From assembly GCA_025360605.1 (NCBI GenBank), contig JANYBV010000031.1, positions 3,063 to 67,062 on the forward strand: 64,000 nucleotides of DNA. The letters run 5' to 3'. The stretch is from Alphaproteobacteria bacterium (GTDB lineage: Bacteria > Pseudomonadota > Alphaproteobacteria > Rickettsiales > SXRF01). The notes beneath the pieces are model-generated. The model saw only the letters and a list, made by a program, of their open reading frames with translations. It made no database searches and had not been told where the DNA came from. Of the stretch, positions 1 through 9,152 are shown piece after piece; positions within the stretch are counted from its first letter, which is position 1, and every line of letters starts with the position of its first letter. Made by a program: the position numbers and the translations under genes.

Positions 1-291
1 CTGCAAAAAGACGATATAGACTTACCTACCATACGCACTACCGCCCTGCTGCGCATGTATGACCAGACGGGATTAACCCGCCCCGAGCTTGCAGCAGAAG
101 CAGGAACGGATGCATACACGCTGAACAGGAGTGTGTTAACCGAGGGGAATGGACTGATTTACATGGACGGTGAAGAGGCGCTCGCGCTGGCGAAGGTGTT
201 GGGGATTAGTAAAAAACACCACCATGATTTCGTTGAGGCCTTTGTTTCGCCGCATTACCGCAAAGCCGAGAATGCCGTCACCCGCACCTAG
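1..291 (+). CDS. XRE/Cro-C1-type helix-turn-helix protein, 5'-partial (frame open to window edge)
   Basis: Frame 1 has no stop from base 1 to TAG 289-291. '...LLRMYDQTGLTRPELAAEAGTDAYTLNRSV...EEALALAKVLGIS' fits an XRE-type HTH pattern. Track ORF 55-291 is only the Met-delimited part. Confidence 0.5.
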   Translation: MQKDDIDLPTIRTTALLRMYDQTGLTRPELAAEAGTDAYTLNRSVLTEGNGLIYMDGEEALALAKVLGISKKHHHDFVEAFVSPHYRKAENAVTRT

Positions 292-367
292 CGTTGAGAT
301 TGTATATGCTTTTGTTACGCAGATAGGGTACAGCATAAGCGGTGATAACGATGATGTAGCCTCGTCC

Positions 368-1126
368 ATGAAAAACCCTGTTATTGTACTTGAAGAGATG
401 GAAACGCCGTTTGGGCGCATTAAAATCTATGAATCGCCGAACGAAAAATCGCGCACCTACTATCAGGATTCCTGTTTTCACAGCCGCTGCGATACTAAAG
501 GTCACAGCCTGATCGCCTATGTACATGCGATGATGGGCATTGTACTGCAATCCAAGGCGCGGAACGTGCTGGTGCTGGGCTGTGCGGGGGGCAATATATC
601 AACCATGCTGGCCGATGGTGGATGTCAGGTGACAACGGTGGATATCAATCCGCTGTCGTTTGAACTTGCGAAACAGTATTTCTGGTTGCCGCCTTCCGTG
701 ACGTGTGTTGTGGACGATGCAAGGACGTATCTTGAAAATACGTCCGAGCGCTTTGATGCGATTGCACTGGATGTGTTTGACTGCGGGCTGATTCCTGAAC
801 ATTTACGCACCGTGGAATTTTTCGAGCTGATGCTCTCCCGTATGAACGATAAAGGTGTTATTGTGGTGAATGCTATTGTTGAGCATGACCTCGATATGCT
901 GGCAGATAATGTGGCGGCCAGTCTGAAGAAGGCGTCCGGAGCCAACGTGCTGATACTGGACCAGTTCAATGAACCGGATCGCAATGTTGTTATCATCGGG
1001 GGGACGATTCCTGAGGCGGTATTACCTAGCGGCACAGAACCACCCGATATACAAAAAGAGCTGCGTACGATGCATTTGCGGGCGATACGCAAACCCGTCA
1101 AAGCCTACTATGACCCTAAAGATTAG
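368..1126 (+). CDS. spermidine synthase-like / class I SAM-dependent methyltransferase-fold protein
   Basis: Track ORF 170-1126. Start moved to ATG 368 (MKNPVIVLEEMETPFGRIKIYE) to avoid overlap with the upstream gene. Contains Rossmann motif I 'VLVLGCAGGNIS', 'TTVDINP' and 'FDAIALDVFD'. Confidence 0.6.
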   Translation: MKNPVIVLEEMETPFGRIKIYESPNEKSRTYYQDSCFHSRCDTKGHSLIAYVHAMMGIVLQSKARNVLVLGCAGGNISTMLADGGCQVTTVDINPLSFELAKQYFWLPPSVTCVVDDARTYLENTSERFDAIALDVFDCGLIPEHLRTVEFFELMLSRMNDKGVIVVNAIVEHDLDMLADNVAASLKKASGANVLILDQFNEPDRNVVIIGGTIPEAVLPSGTEPPDIQKELRTMHLRAIRKPVKAYYDPKD

Positions 1127-1950
1127 TTGAAGCGGAAGCGCACCGAGCAGGAAGGATCATTGCCGCCCGTATCCTTGTTCAGATTGTAGGTATCGGTTGG
1201 GTCGGTTGCGCTGGAGCCATTCATCATACAGTCGTTATTGGTGCTGGTGGCCGCCCATGTCGGTGTGACGTTTACACCGGTCAGGTAGCGGGCTACCACA
1301 ATACCTGTGTTGGGCAGGCCGTCATCCAACTTATTATCCATGTTATTGGCCTGAATAGGCGTAACGCCTGTGGTATTGAAGGTATAGGCCGGAGTGGTTG
1401 TTACGCTGGCAACGGGCATGAGCTGGTAGTAATTAAAGCCGGAAGCCGCATATACCACGAGATAATTGGTCAGGTTTATTTTTGATGGGGGAACGGATGT
1501 CGATACATTCGTCACAGTACCCGTTACCACACCGGATGAAGCGATAATAGCCGAATTCCCGATTTGACCGAGCGAGCCATCCACCAGATTGGCTTCTGAG
1601 AGATGCCGCCAGAATAAGAGGGTTTCACCAGCGGGTTCAGTAAGGCCGGCACCGCCGCCTTCGAGTAATCCATTGCCATCGCCTTCGCCAATAGTCGGAG
1701 AGACGGTGAGTTGCAAGAAGCCATAATTAGCTGCGGACTGCTGAGGGATATCCCCCGGAATGGCGTTATATTTACTGCGGAACGTATTGACGGCAGAGTT
1801 GTATTTTTCAATCTGTCCAACGGTGGCACGCACCTCTGCTGCTTTGATCATGTCCTGACCGACTAAAATACCACCGATGATCAGGCCAATAATGACCAGC
1901 ACGATTGATAATTCCAACAGTGTAAAACCGGCATTTTTTCTTGTTGTCAT
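1123..1950 (-). CDS. type IV pilin / pseudopilin-like protein (prepilin N-terminal cleavage/methylation domain), paralog A
   Basis: Class III signal 'MTTRKNAG|FTLLELSIVLVIIGLIIGG' with Glu at +5. C-terminal Cys pair (NDC...SCSVRFRFN). Paralog of 29864-30706. Confidence 0.8.
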   Translation of the reverse strand: MTTRKNAGFTLLELSIVLVIIGLIIGGILVGQDMIKAAEVRATVGQIEKYNSAVNTFRSKYNAIPGDIPQQSAANYGFLQLTVSPTIGEGDGNGLLEGGGAGLTEPAGETLLFWRHLSEANLVDGSLGQIGNSAIIASSGVVTGTVTNVSTSVPPSKINLTNYLVVYAASGFNYYQLMPVASVTTTPAYTFNTTGVTPIQANNMDNKLDDGLPNTGIVVARYLTGVNVTPTWAATSTNNDCMMNGSSATDPTDTYNLNKDTGGNDPSCSVRFRFN

Positions 1951-2117
1951 AACGACATTTCCTTATTTCTCAAGCCTTACAATACCGCCCATTGCTTAAC
2001 ATAAAGTTAATACAATGGGTTAATCCATTTTGGCTCATAAAGAGTCATTTTAGCCTACATCCTATAGGGGGTGATTGCAATTATTACTACAATATTGTGT
2101 AGGGATAGGCAGATGCC

Positions 2118-4607
2118 CTATTCGGTGCGCGTGGGATGGGTATGGGGATTTTGTGCGGCATTTTGCCGCTGATCGTGGAGGCGTTTGAGGTAGCTCTGCG
2201 TGTATTTACTCTTGATTTGTTCAACCGATTTCTTCGATCCCAGCGAGTCGGCAATTTTTCCGGAAAACCCGTTGGCACCGATTTGTGCCTTGAGGGGGTC
2301 AAGGCCAATTTCTTGTAGGGTATGTTCGAGACCGGCGCCATGCAGATGCGCTTTCAGCTCGTCTTTCAGTTGTGTTTTAAGGTCTTCCGGCACACCACCT
2401 TCTTTAAAGAACTGGTCGCGCACTTCATGCACCTTCATAACGAAGGCTTCAACCTGTTCAGGGGTGACATTGTCAAACCATGGTTTCAATACGCCAACGG
2501 CGTAGGTTTCCAGCAGCTCAGGGTTGGCGCTCTTATTGTTGACCGATTCCTTGATCAGCAAATCCAGCATGCCTGGCGGGCCAAAAGGAAACAGGGTGCT
2601 GTTGTTGGACCAGCCCGCACCCACCGCTGGCAATGACACCTTGCGGCCCGATGCCATGGTGTAGCGCGTACCAAGGTTAGTCATGTAGTTGATGCCTGGA
2701 ATCCATGCGAAACCGGACGAACCCCCGAACAATGCCGTTACGGCAGACAGGTAAGACCACGGTTTGGCTTGTGCGAACGTTGCCGCTTCTTCCGCATCGT
2801 CAAGGTATTTCGGGTTACGGAATTCTTTCTCTTTGTCTTTGAAAAATAATCCGCTCGCCGCCACAACTGCCATACCACCAAGGGCGGTAGGAACACCCCA
2901 GCGCATGATCTGCATCCATTTGTCTTTGGGAAGATCGCTGTGGGGGTTGAACGCAAGGGACTTATACACTTTTTGCAGTGGCTTCAGCACATCTTCTTTT
3001 TTGACGGCCACCCCGAAGAAATTGACACCCGTGAGCGCTTTCATGACTTCTTCGCCCAGCCAGCTTCCGGCGCTCAGGCCTGCGGCACAATAGAGCCGGT
3101 GGGAGGTAACGCCGTTGATCACGTTGAACATGTCCGTGACGCCTTCCGCCGCATCCAGCACTTTGCCATTCACTATGCCGTGCTGCTTTTTGGAATGCAG
3201 GATATGATGTTGCGCACCCGCTATGGATTCCGGCGTAATCCGTGAACCAAAAGTGGGCGACAGCAGATGTTCCGGTGTGCCTTCTGCATTCGCTGCACCA
3301 GCGGTTGCTGCGTTGGCTGCCATATCCGCTGCAGGATCGGCAGAGGCGAGTTCCTTGGATAATTCGGTGCCGGCTTTAGGGCGCGTATTAAGATCGCCCA
3401 CATCGGCATCCTTGGCAGTACTGATGGCAACCATTCCGGCTGCGCTGGCACCTATCGCACCGAAAGCAGCACCCTTTTGCAACGCGCTGGGAGCATACTG
3501 GTGGGCGCTTGCATCAAAGGCCTTCTTTGCCAATTCAGGATTGCGCAGTTCAAGGCCTTCTTTCACCAGTTGCCATGTTTTTTCTGTTTTTTTGGAAACG
3601 CCAAGCCCTAATGTGTCACCGATAGTTTTGGAAATAATCGAAATAAAACCCTGATCGCCGAAGGCGACTTCGCGCGGGTCCAGACCGAGTTTGATAAATG
3701 TTTTTTCAAGGCCCGCATCACCGAGCATTTTCTTCATGGATTCTTTGAGTTTGGCGGCGGCCTCTTCCGGAAGTCTGCCTTCCTTGAGGAATTGAGCGCG
3801 CTCTTTTTTGACGATGTCCACGAACCCCTGAATCTGTTCGTCCTTTACGCCGCGGAACCATGTTTTTAAAATGCCATTGGCGTATTCATTCAGCTGCGCC
3901 GGATTCGCCGTCGGATTGCCCGCGACATACTCGATCATATTGTTGATGAGTTTGGTCGGGCGGAATGGCATATGCGTATGCGAATTGACCAGCGCTCCCA
4001 AAGGAGCCGCCGCACGCTCGGCGCGCATGACGAATAATGTTCCGAGATCCGCGCCGTAATGGGAAACAGACGGAAACAGGCCGAACCCGCTGGCAGAACC
4101 AAACAGCGCCGATGTACCTGTCATCACGCTCCATGGTTTCGCCTGATGGTACAATGCTTGCCGCTCTGCATCGGCAAGGAAGAATTCTTTCGCAGGCGCG
4201 GCCATTTTGGCTTCTACAGGTTTTAAAAAGCTTGTCTGGAAAAAGGATGCGCTGCCCATGCAGGCACCGATGCCGCCGGTGACGGCGGGGACAAAGCGGT
4301 CGAACACTTTCATCCAGCGGTCTTTCGGATCATCGGAAAAATGATCGTAAGGTAACACACCGCAGATGCTGCGCAGTGGCATCGGCAAATCCATCGGATC
4401 TACCTTGGTTCCGTCAGGGGTCTGGCCCACCAGCACGTCCATGGCTTTGCGTCCCAGAAATAATCCCAGTGTCAGGCCAATGGCGTTACGCAGGCGGTGG
4501 AAGCTTGGTGGAACGTTGACGTATTGCGTGGTTAAGCGTGCCGCTTTGTACAGCGGCCCGTTGATTATGCCCGGATTGGTACTGAGACCTTTGGGGTTTA
4601 TCGTCAT
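2118..4607 (-). CDS. hypothetical 829-aa protein built from two homologous ~340-aa halves
   Basis: Long uninterrupted ORF. Internal repeat visible by eye (e.g. 'DDPKDRWMKVFDRFVPAVTGGIG' vs 'DLPKDKWMQIMRWGVPTALGGMA'; 'QAKPWSVMTGTSALFGSASGFG' vs 'QAKPWSYLSAVTALFGGSSGFA'). No recognisable catalytic motif. Confidence 0.75.
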   Translation of the reverse strand: MTINPKGLSTNPGIINGPLYKAARLTTQYVNVPPSFHRLRNAIGLTLGLFLGRKAMDVLVGQTPDGTKVDPMDLPMPLRSICGVLPYDHFSDDPKDRWMKVFDRFVPAVTGGIGACMGSASFFQTSFLKPVEAKMAAPAKEFFLADAERQALYHQAKPWSVMTGTSALFGSASGFGLFPSVSHYGADLGTLFVMRAERAAAPLGALVNSHTHMPFRPTKLINNMIEYVAGNPTANPAQLNEYANGILKTWFRGVKDEQIQGFVDIVKKERAQFLKEGRLPEEAAAKLKESMKKMLGDAGLEKTFIKLGLDPREVAFGDQGFISIISKTIGDTLGLGVSKKTEKTWQLVKEGLELRNPELAKKAFDASAHQYAPSALQKGAAFGAIGASAAGMVAISTAKDADVGDLNTRPKAGTELSKELASADPAADMAANAATAGAANAEGTPEHLLSPTFGSRITPESIAGAQHHILHSKKQHGIVNGKVLDAAEGVTDMFNVINGVTSHRLYCAAGLSAGSWLGEEVMKALTGVNFFGVAVKKEDVLKPLQKVYKSLAFNPHSDLPKDKWMQIMRWGVPTALGGMAVVAASGLFFKDKEKEFRNPKYLDDAEEAATFAQAKPWSYLSAVTALFGGSSGFAWIPGINYMTNLGTRYTMASGRKVSLPAVGAGWSNNSTLFPFGPPGMLDLLIKESVNNKSANPELLETYAVGVLKPWFDNVTPEQVEAFVMKVHEVRDQFFKEGGVPEDLKTQLKDELKAHLHGAGLEHTLQEIGLDPLKAQIGANGFSGKIADSLGSKKSVEQIKSKYTQSYLKRLHDQRQNAAQNPHTHPTRTE

Positions 4608-4827
4608 TCGTATCCTGCTATGGCCGTTTTTTAAGCGTATTTTTTTATAGGTATTTTTGCTGGTCAGAAATGGGCCAAATCATTCTGCCAGAACTCAACA
4701 TATCATAATGGTTTTCATGGCAAAATCCCTAATTCGCCACTTTTACAAGTTTAACATAATCGTCACAAAGCGTCTTGCGTAATTGTCACAATTCAACGCG
4801 CTGTAAAATATGAATTATTTTTATTAA

Positions 4828-5499
4828 TTAATAGGAGGAAGAGAGCAGGCGCTTCAACATAAAGGCAAAACGTCCACGTTTTTCTTTCCGTTCGAAGTCA
4901 TCCCAGCTGCGTAACCACGTGGTCTGGATCACGCGGCGTTCACCGGTAAAAGGCTTGTGCCCATGCCATGAATTTTCGGTGCGGGCGAAGGCAAAAAACG
5001 TTCCGAATATGGGTGGAACTTCGGCGGCCGTATCGTCGAAACTTTTCTCGCTACGCAGGACGCGCAGGCGTCCGGCATCGCCTTCGGGCCATGTTTCATT
5101 AAGGTAAATCAACGAGGTGCATATTTTTGCTTCGCCATCATTATGGATGCGGCCATCATTGCCTGCTGACCATTTGCGCACGGTGATCATGCGCGGTTTG
5201 TCACGCAGTTCCAGCCCGAGTTTATCACTCAGCAGGGCGGCAATTTCGGGTCCTTCAAGGTCGCGCAGCAGTGCATCAAACATGCCTTTGCGCTTCAAAA
5301 GGCTGAGCGGCAGGTAGCCATTTTTTTTGATATCGGGAAAATCAGCGTTTAAAGCAGGGGCTATATCCGGTGACAAACATCCTGATGCCATGATGTAAGG
5401 GTAGGGATCACGTTTGGCGGGAGCGGCCATAATCTGGCTGAGCTGGAGAACCGGTTTTTCCTGCGGTATGACTGTGGCCGTTGCCAATGATGATTTCAT
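4828..5499 (-). CDS. 2OG-Fe(II) oxygenase superfamily protein
   Basis: 'RIHND...(~60 aa)...NSWHGH' His-x-Asp...His facial-triad spacing plus 'RRVIQTTW'. ATG 5499 is preceded by the SD-like AGGTGGGG; the track start 5508 is GTG. Confidence 0.6.
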   Translation of the reverse strand: MKSSLATATVIPQEKPVLQLSQIMAAPAKRDPYPYIMASGCLSPDIAPALNADFPDIKKNGYLPLSLLKRKGMFDALLRDLEGPEIAALLSDKLGLELRDKPRMITVRKWSAGNDGRIHNDGEAKICTSLIYLNETWPEGDAGRLRVLRSEKSFDDTAAEVPPIFGTFFAFARTENSWHGHKPFTGERRVIQTTWLRSWDDFERKEKRGRFAFMLKRLLSSSY

Positions 5500-5602
5500 A
5501 AACCCCACCTGATGTGTGCCTGTTTTTCAATGGAATGGTTATACGCATTGCCGCAAAACCTGTCAACACGACAGTCGTGCAAAGGCCTGTCATTGCTGGG
5601 TA

Positions 5603-7420
5603 TCAGGCCTTTTTGTTGCGATCTTCCTCGTCGATCTGCTGAATTTTAAGCAACACGTCGCGGGCGACCGGAGCTGCGGTGGCGGCACCGCCGCCGCCAT
5701 GTTCAATGGTGACGCAGCAGGCATATTTGGGATTGTCGACCGGTGCAAATCCGATGAATAAGGCGTGGTGACGGTATTCCCACGGCAGCGTATCTTGCTT
5801 CACGCCGCGCTGGAGAATTTTACGCACCTGCGAGGTGCCTGTCTTGCCGCCCATGGCGAAGCGGGGCTCCATAATACGTTTTCCGTAGGCTGTACCGGTA
5901 GGTGTATTGCACACTGCGCTCATGGCATCACGCGCAAAAGCGAGGGTTTCGGGTTTGATATCGAGCGGTTCAAAAACGGGGGCTTCTGAGCCGTGTGGAA
6001 TAAACAGGCGCGGCTTCACTGCGTAGCCACCGCTCACCATGCGTGCGGTCATGATGGCGAGTTGCAACGGGGTTGTCAGCACATACCCCTGACCAATGGC
6101 GCAGTTGATGGTGTCGCCGCCGCTCCAGCGTTGTTTGTAGCGCTGCATTTTCCAATCGGGATCCGGTATGATACCTGATCTTTCACCGGCAAGTCCGAGA
6201 TTGTGTAATTCGCCCAAACCGAAGTGGCGAGCCACTTTGGCGTAGGCTTCGATGCCAAGACGTTCACCGACGGTGTAGAAGAATGTGTCACAGGATTGCG
6301 CGACTGCTTCATGAAAATTGACGGTGCCGTGGCCGCCTTCTTTCCAGCAGTTGAACTTATGGTCGCCGAGAAAAAACTGCCCCGGGCAATACACGGTGGA
6401 CGAAGGTGTGATGGTTCCGGAATTCAGCCCCGCTAATCCCACCATCAGCTTGAAGGTGGAACCGGGGGGATACATGCCGCTGAGTGCCTTGTTCAGCAGC
6501 GGGCCTTTTTTATCGGTGCTGAGTGTTTTCCAGTAGTCGCTGGAGATACCTTTGCTGAAGCTGTCGGGATCAAATCCGGGAATAGAAACCAATGCTAGAA
6601 TATTGCCGGTATCCACTTCCATGACGACTACGGCAGCGCTCTCGTCTTTTACAAGCGAGGCGGTGTAATCCTGCAAACGACCATCAATGGTCAGGCGTAT
6701 GGCTTCACCGGTAACGCTAGGTTTTTTGCCGATTTCACGCACCGGAACCCCGTGTACGTTTACTTCGAGCTGGCGTATTCCGGCGGTACCGCGCAGGCGT
6801 TCTTCCAGTAATTTTTCCACGCCGTTTTTTCCTATCTTGAAATCAGGCAGGCGCAATAGCGGTTCGTCATCGATGACTTCGCCTTCTGCAACCGCACCGA
6901 CATAACCAACCAGATGGGCAGCACGGTCAACGAACGGATAGTGGCGGATCTGGCCGACATCGATATATACGCCGGATAATTCCAGCATGTGTAATTCGAT
7001 GAGAGATACTTCTTCCCATGTCAGATGTTCTTTTAGCATTTCCGGCATAGAGGCTGAGGACACGCGGGTCTTTGTTAGTGCAGCAATCTTCTTTTCACTC
7101 AGGGGAACCAAGGCGTGTAGCTTCTCAATGGTGGCGCGGAATGTTGCCTGAGACAACGTGCTGTAGTCGATAAACACGCGGTAATTTTTTTCGTTCGTCG
7201 CCATGGGAACGCCGTAACGGTCCAGAATTGCACCGCGTTCAGGAGCGATCAGTTGCAGTTTGATGCGGTTGTTTTCCGAAAGCGTGGCATACTCACTAGC
7301 CTTGATGAATTGCAGGTAATAGAGCCTGCCTGCCAGCGTTGAAAAGGCAGCAGCCTGAAGCCCGCCAAAAATAACGGCACGCCGCGTAAATATTCGTTGT
7401 TTTTCGTTTTCTTTTGGCAT
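5603..7420 (-). CDS. mrdA: penicillin-binding protein 2 (elongasome transpeptidase)
   Basis: 605 aa with an N-terminal TM. SxxK 'GSTFK' and KTG 'GGKTGTSQ'. Lies directly downstream of mreC-mreD. Confidence 0.95.
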   Translation of the reverse strand: MPKENEKQRIFTRRAVIFGGLQAAAFSTLAGRLYYLQFIKASEYATLSENNRIKLQLIAPERGAILDRYGVPMATNEKNYRVFIDYSTLSQATFRATIEKLHALVPLSEKKIAALTKTRVSSASMPEMLKEHLTWEEVSLIELHMLELSGVYIDVGQIRHYPFVDRAAHLVGYVGAVAEGEVIDDEPLLRLPDFKIGKNGVEKLLEERLRGTAGIRQLEVNVHGVPVREIGKKPSVTGEAIRLTIDGRLQDYTASLVKDESAAVVVMEVDTGNILALVSIPGFDPDSFSKGISSDYWKTLSTDKKGPLLNKALSGMYPPGSTFKLMVGLAGLNSGTITPSSTVYCPGQFFLGDHKFNCWKEGGHGTVNFHEAVAQSCDTFFYTVGERLGIEAYAKVARHFGLGELHNLGLAGERSGIIPDPDWKMQRYKQRWSGGDTINCAIGQGYVLTTPLQLAIMTARMVSGGYAVKPRLFIPHGSEAPVFEPLDIKPETLAFARDAMSAVCNTPTGTAYGKRIMEPRFAMGGKTGTSQVRKILQRGVKQDTLPWEYRHHALFIGFAPVDNPKYACCVTIEHGGGGAATAAPVARDVLLKIQQIDEEDRNKKA

Positions 7421-7484
7421 GGTCAGTTTCAGGTTTCAGGAGTATCAGGAATACTCCGTCATCTTTCATCTGTCATCCGTGATC

Positions 7485-8018
7485 TTACACTCCGTGTAAA
7501 ATGTGCCAGCGGCGGGAAGCAATATATTCGTAGAGGCTGTCAAAGCCCTTATGCATAAATGGATAGCAGCAGACAGTGAAAAACCACTGCATAAATCCGG
7601 GGAAAAGCGTTTCCGAGCGCGAGTTGAAGATGGTGAGTGCAATCCAGTTCATGCTGGAAAGCACTGCAAGCAGTGCGGCAAAATAGCCCCATTTAATCAT
7701 GAAGCCTTCTTTATGGATGTATTTGCGTTGTGCATGAAGCAATATCAGGAAAAAAATATATAGCAGCGAGGATAAGCCAAGCGGAGTTCCCATGATGGAA
7801 TCAAGCACGATACCAAGCGCAAAAACAAACCAGTACGGCATTTCACGTGCATGTGTCATACCCCAGTAAAATACGGGGATAATCGGTAAAATAGGCATGA
7901 AATGGTTCAGCCCGCTGATGTGCTTTGCTGCAAGGAAAAAGATAGCAAGCATAGTGGTGATGATGGCAGGTAGTGCTGAAAGAAATATCAGCTCAAAACG
8001 TTTGGAAGGCTGCAGCAT
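7485..8018 (-). CDS. mreD: rod shape-determining protein MreD
   Basis: 177-aa polytopic membrane protein. TAATG stop/start overlap with mreC. Canonical position between mreC and mrdA. Confidence 0.8.
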   Translation of the reverse strand: MLQPSKRFELIFLSALPAIITTMLAIFFLAAKHISGLNHFMPILPIIPVFYWGMTHAREMPYWFVFALGIVLDSIMGTPLGLSSLLYIFFLILLHAQRKYIHKEGFMIKWGYFAALLAVLSSMNWIALTIFNSRSETLFPGFMQWFFTVCCYPFMHKGFDSLYEYIASRRWHILHGV

Positions 8019-8863
8019 TAAAAGGAGTAATTCACAACGCTGACATATTCTACGCGCGTTGCATCCACATAAGGCTGTACTTTAACGGAGCCTTTATTCA
8101 CGCTGGTAACCACGCCGACCGGAATGCCTTCAGGGAATATGCCGCCGTCACCGGAGGTAATAACGCGCTCACCGAGTTTGATTTTGCTTTCGCCACCGAT
8201 GTAAGAAAGCGTAGGCGTATCACTGTTATTGCCCACCAGAATGCTTTTTTCATGGGAGAGCTCGGCAACCACCGGAACACGTGAATTGATGTCATTCAAC
8301 AGCAGAATGCGTGCGCTGGAATCACCGACATCCACCACGCGGCCCAGAAGGCCATTGTCGCTGATGGCGGCCTGATCTTTCCTGATTCCACTGTCACTGC
8401 CGCCGTTGATCAGCGCAGAATGAATATAAGGCCCCCCCAGATCGGAGACGACACGGACAGTAATATAACTGCTTTTTTGGGAAGGAACGACATTGAGCAA
8501 CGCATGAAGCGATTTATTTTCTGCTTCCAGTGCCTTTGCTTGTGCCTGCCACTTCAGTAGTTCAACATTTTCATTTTTCAGCGCGACGTTTTCTTCACGC
8601 AGGCGTGACATTTCACCCAGCCATGTACCAAAGTTGTGGAAGGTATCCATTGGGCGCGAAGCTACGCTAAGAAGTGGCGTCACCGCATCCATGACATGAG
8701 TGCGTAATTTGGTGACGGCAGGGTTGTTGGTTTTGCTCATGACCATCAGAGCCATAGCGCAGGTCACCATCAACACCACAGACGCGCGGTAAAACCACTG
8801 TTTGCCGGGGAGGAGGACTGACTGACTGCGTATTTTTTTATTAGCCATGACGAAACATTCCAT
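8018..8863 (-). CDS. mreC: rod shape-determining protein MreC
   Basis: N-terminal TM, coiled-coil segment (LREENVALKNENVELLKWQAQAKALEAENKSL), then a beta-rich C-terminus (ITSGDGGIFPEGIPVG). An alternative ATG lies at 8848. Confidence 0.9.
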   Translation of the reverse strand: MECFVMANKKIRSQSVLLPGKQWFYRASVVLMVTCAMALMVMSKTNNPAVTKLRTHVMDAVTPLLSVASRPMDTFHNFGTWLGEMSRLREENVALKNENVELLKWQAQAKALEAENKSLHALLNVVPSQKSSYITVRVVSDLGGPYIHSALINGGSDSGIRKDQAAISDNGLLGRVVDVGDSSARILLLNDINSRVPVVAELSHEKSILVGNNSDTPTLSYIGGESKIKLGERVITSGDGGIFPEGIPVGVVTSVNKGSVKVQPYVDATRVEYVSVVNYSF

Positions 8864-9152
8864 TGTCAGATTATCTCAGGAGGCCAAACGGCCACGTATT
8901 CCCAAATAATCTTCTAGTTCTATTCTTACGTTTGATCTGCCTAAGTGCAACAGAAAACTTCAGGCAGTTCAAGTTTTTCTTACTGAATTATAGGATGAAT
9001 TTAGTTAAATTGTAGTTAAAAATTTAGGCAATATCGCGCCTGCCCTCATTTTATTATCCATCGCATGCGCCGTGTAAGAGAGGGTTGTATAACGCCTGCC
9101 AAAAGGGTTACACTTGGCGGCATCAACACACCTTGTAAAAGAGTGATAAACT

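Noticed and set aside
8938-8968. Imperfect hairpin plus T-run in the gap upstream of mreC, considered as a relic terminator or an mreB remnant region.
   Set aside because: The stem is weak (5+3 bp with a mismatch), no upstream same-strand gene exists, and no MreB-like translation was found in any frame of 8864-9152.
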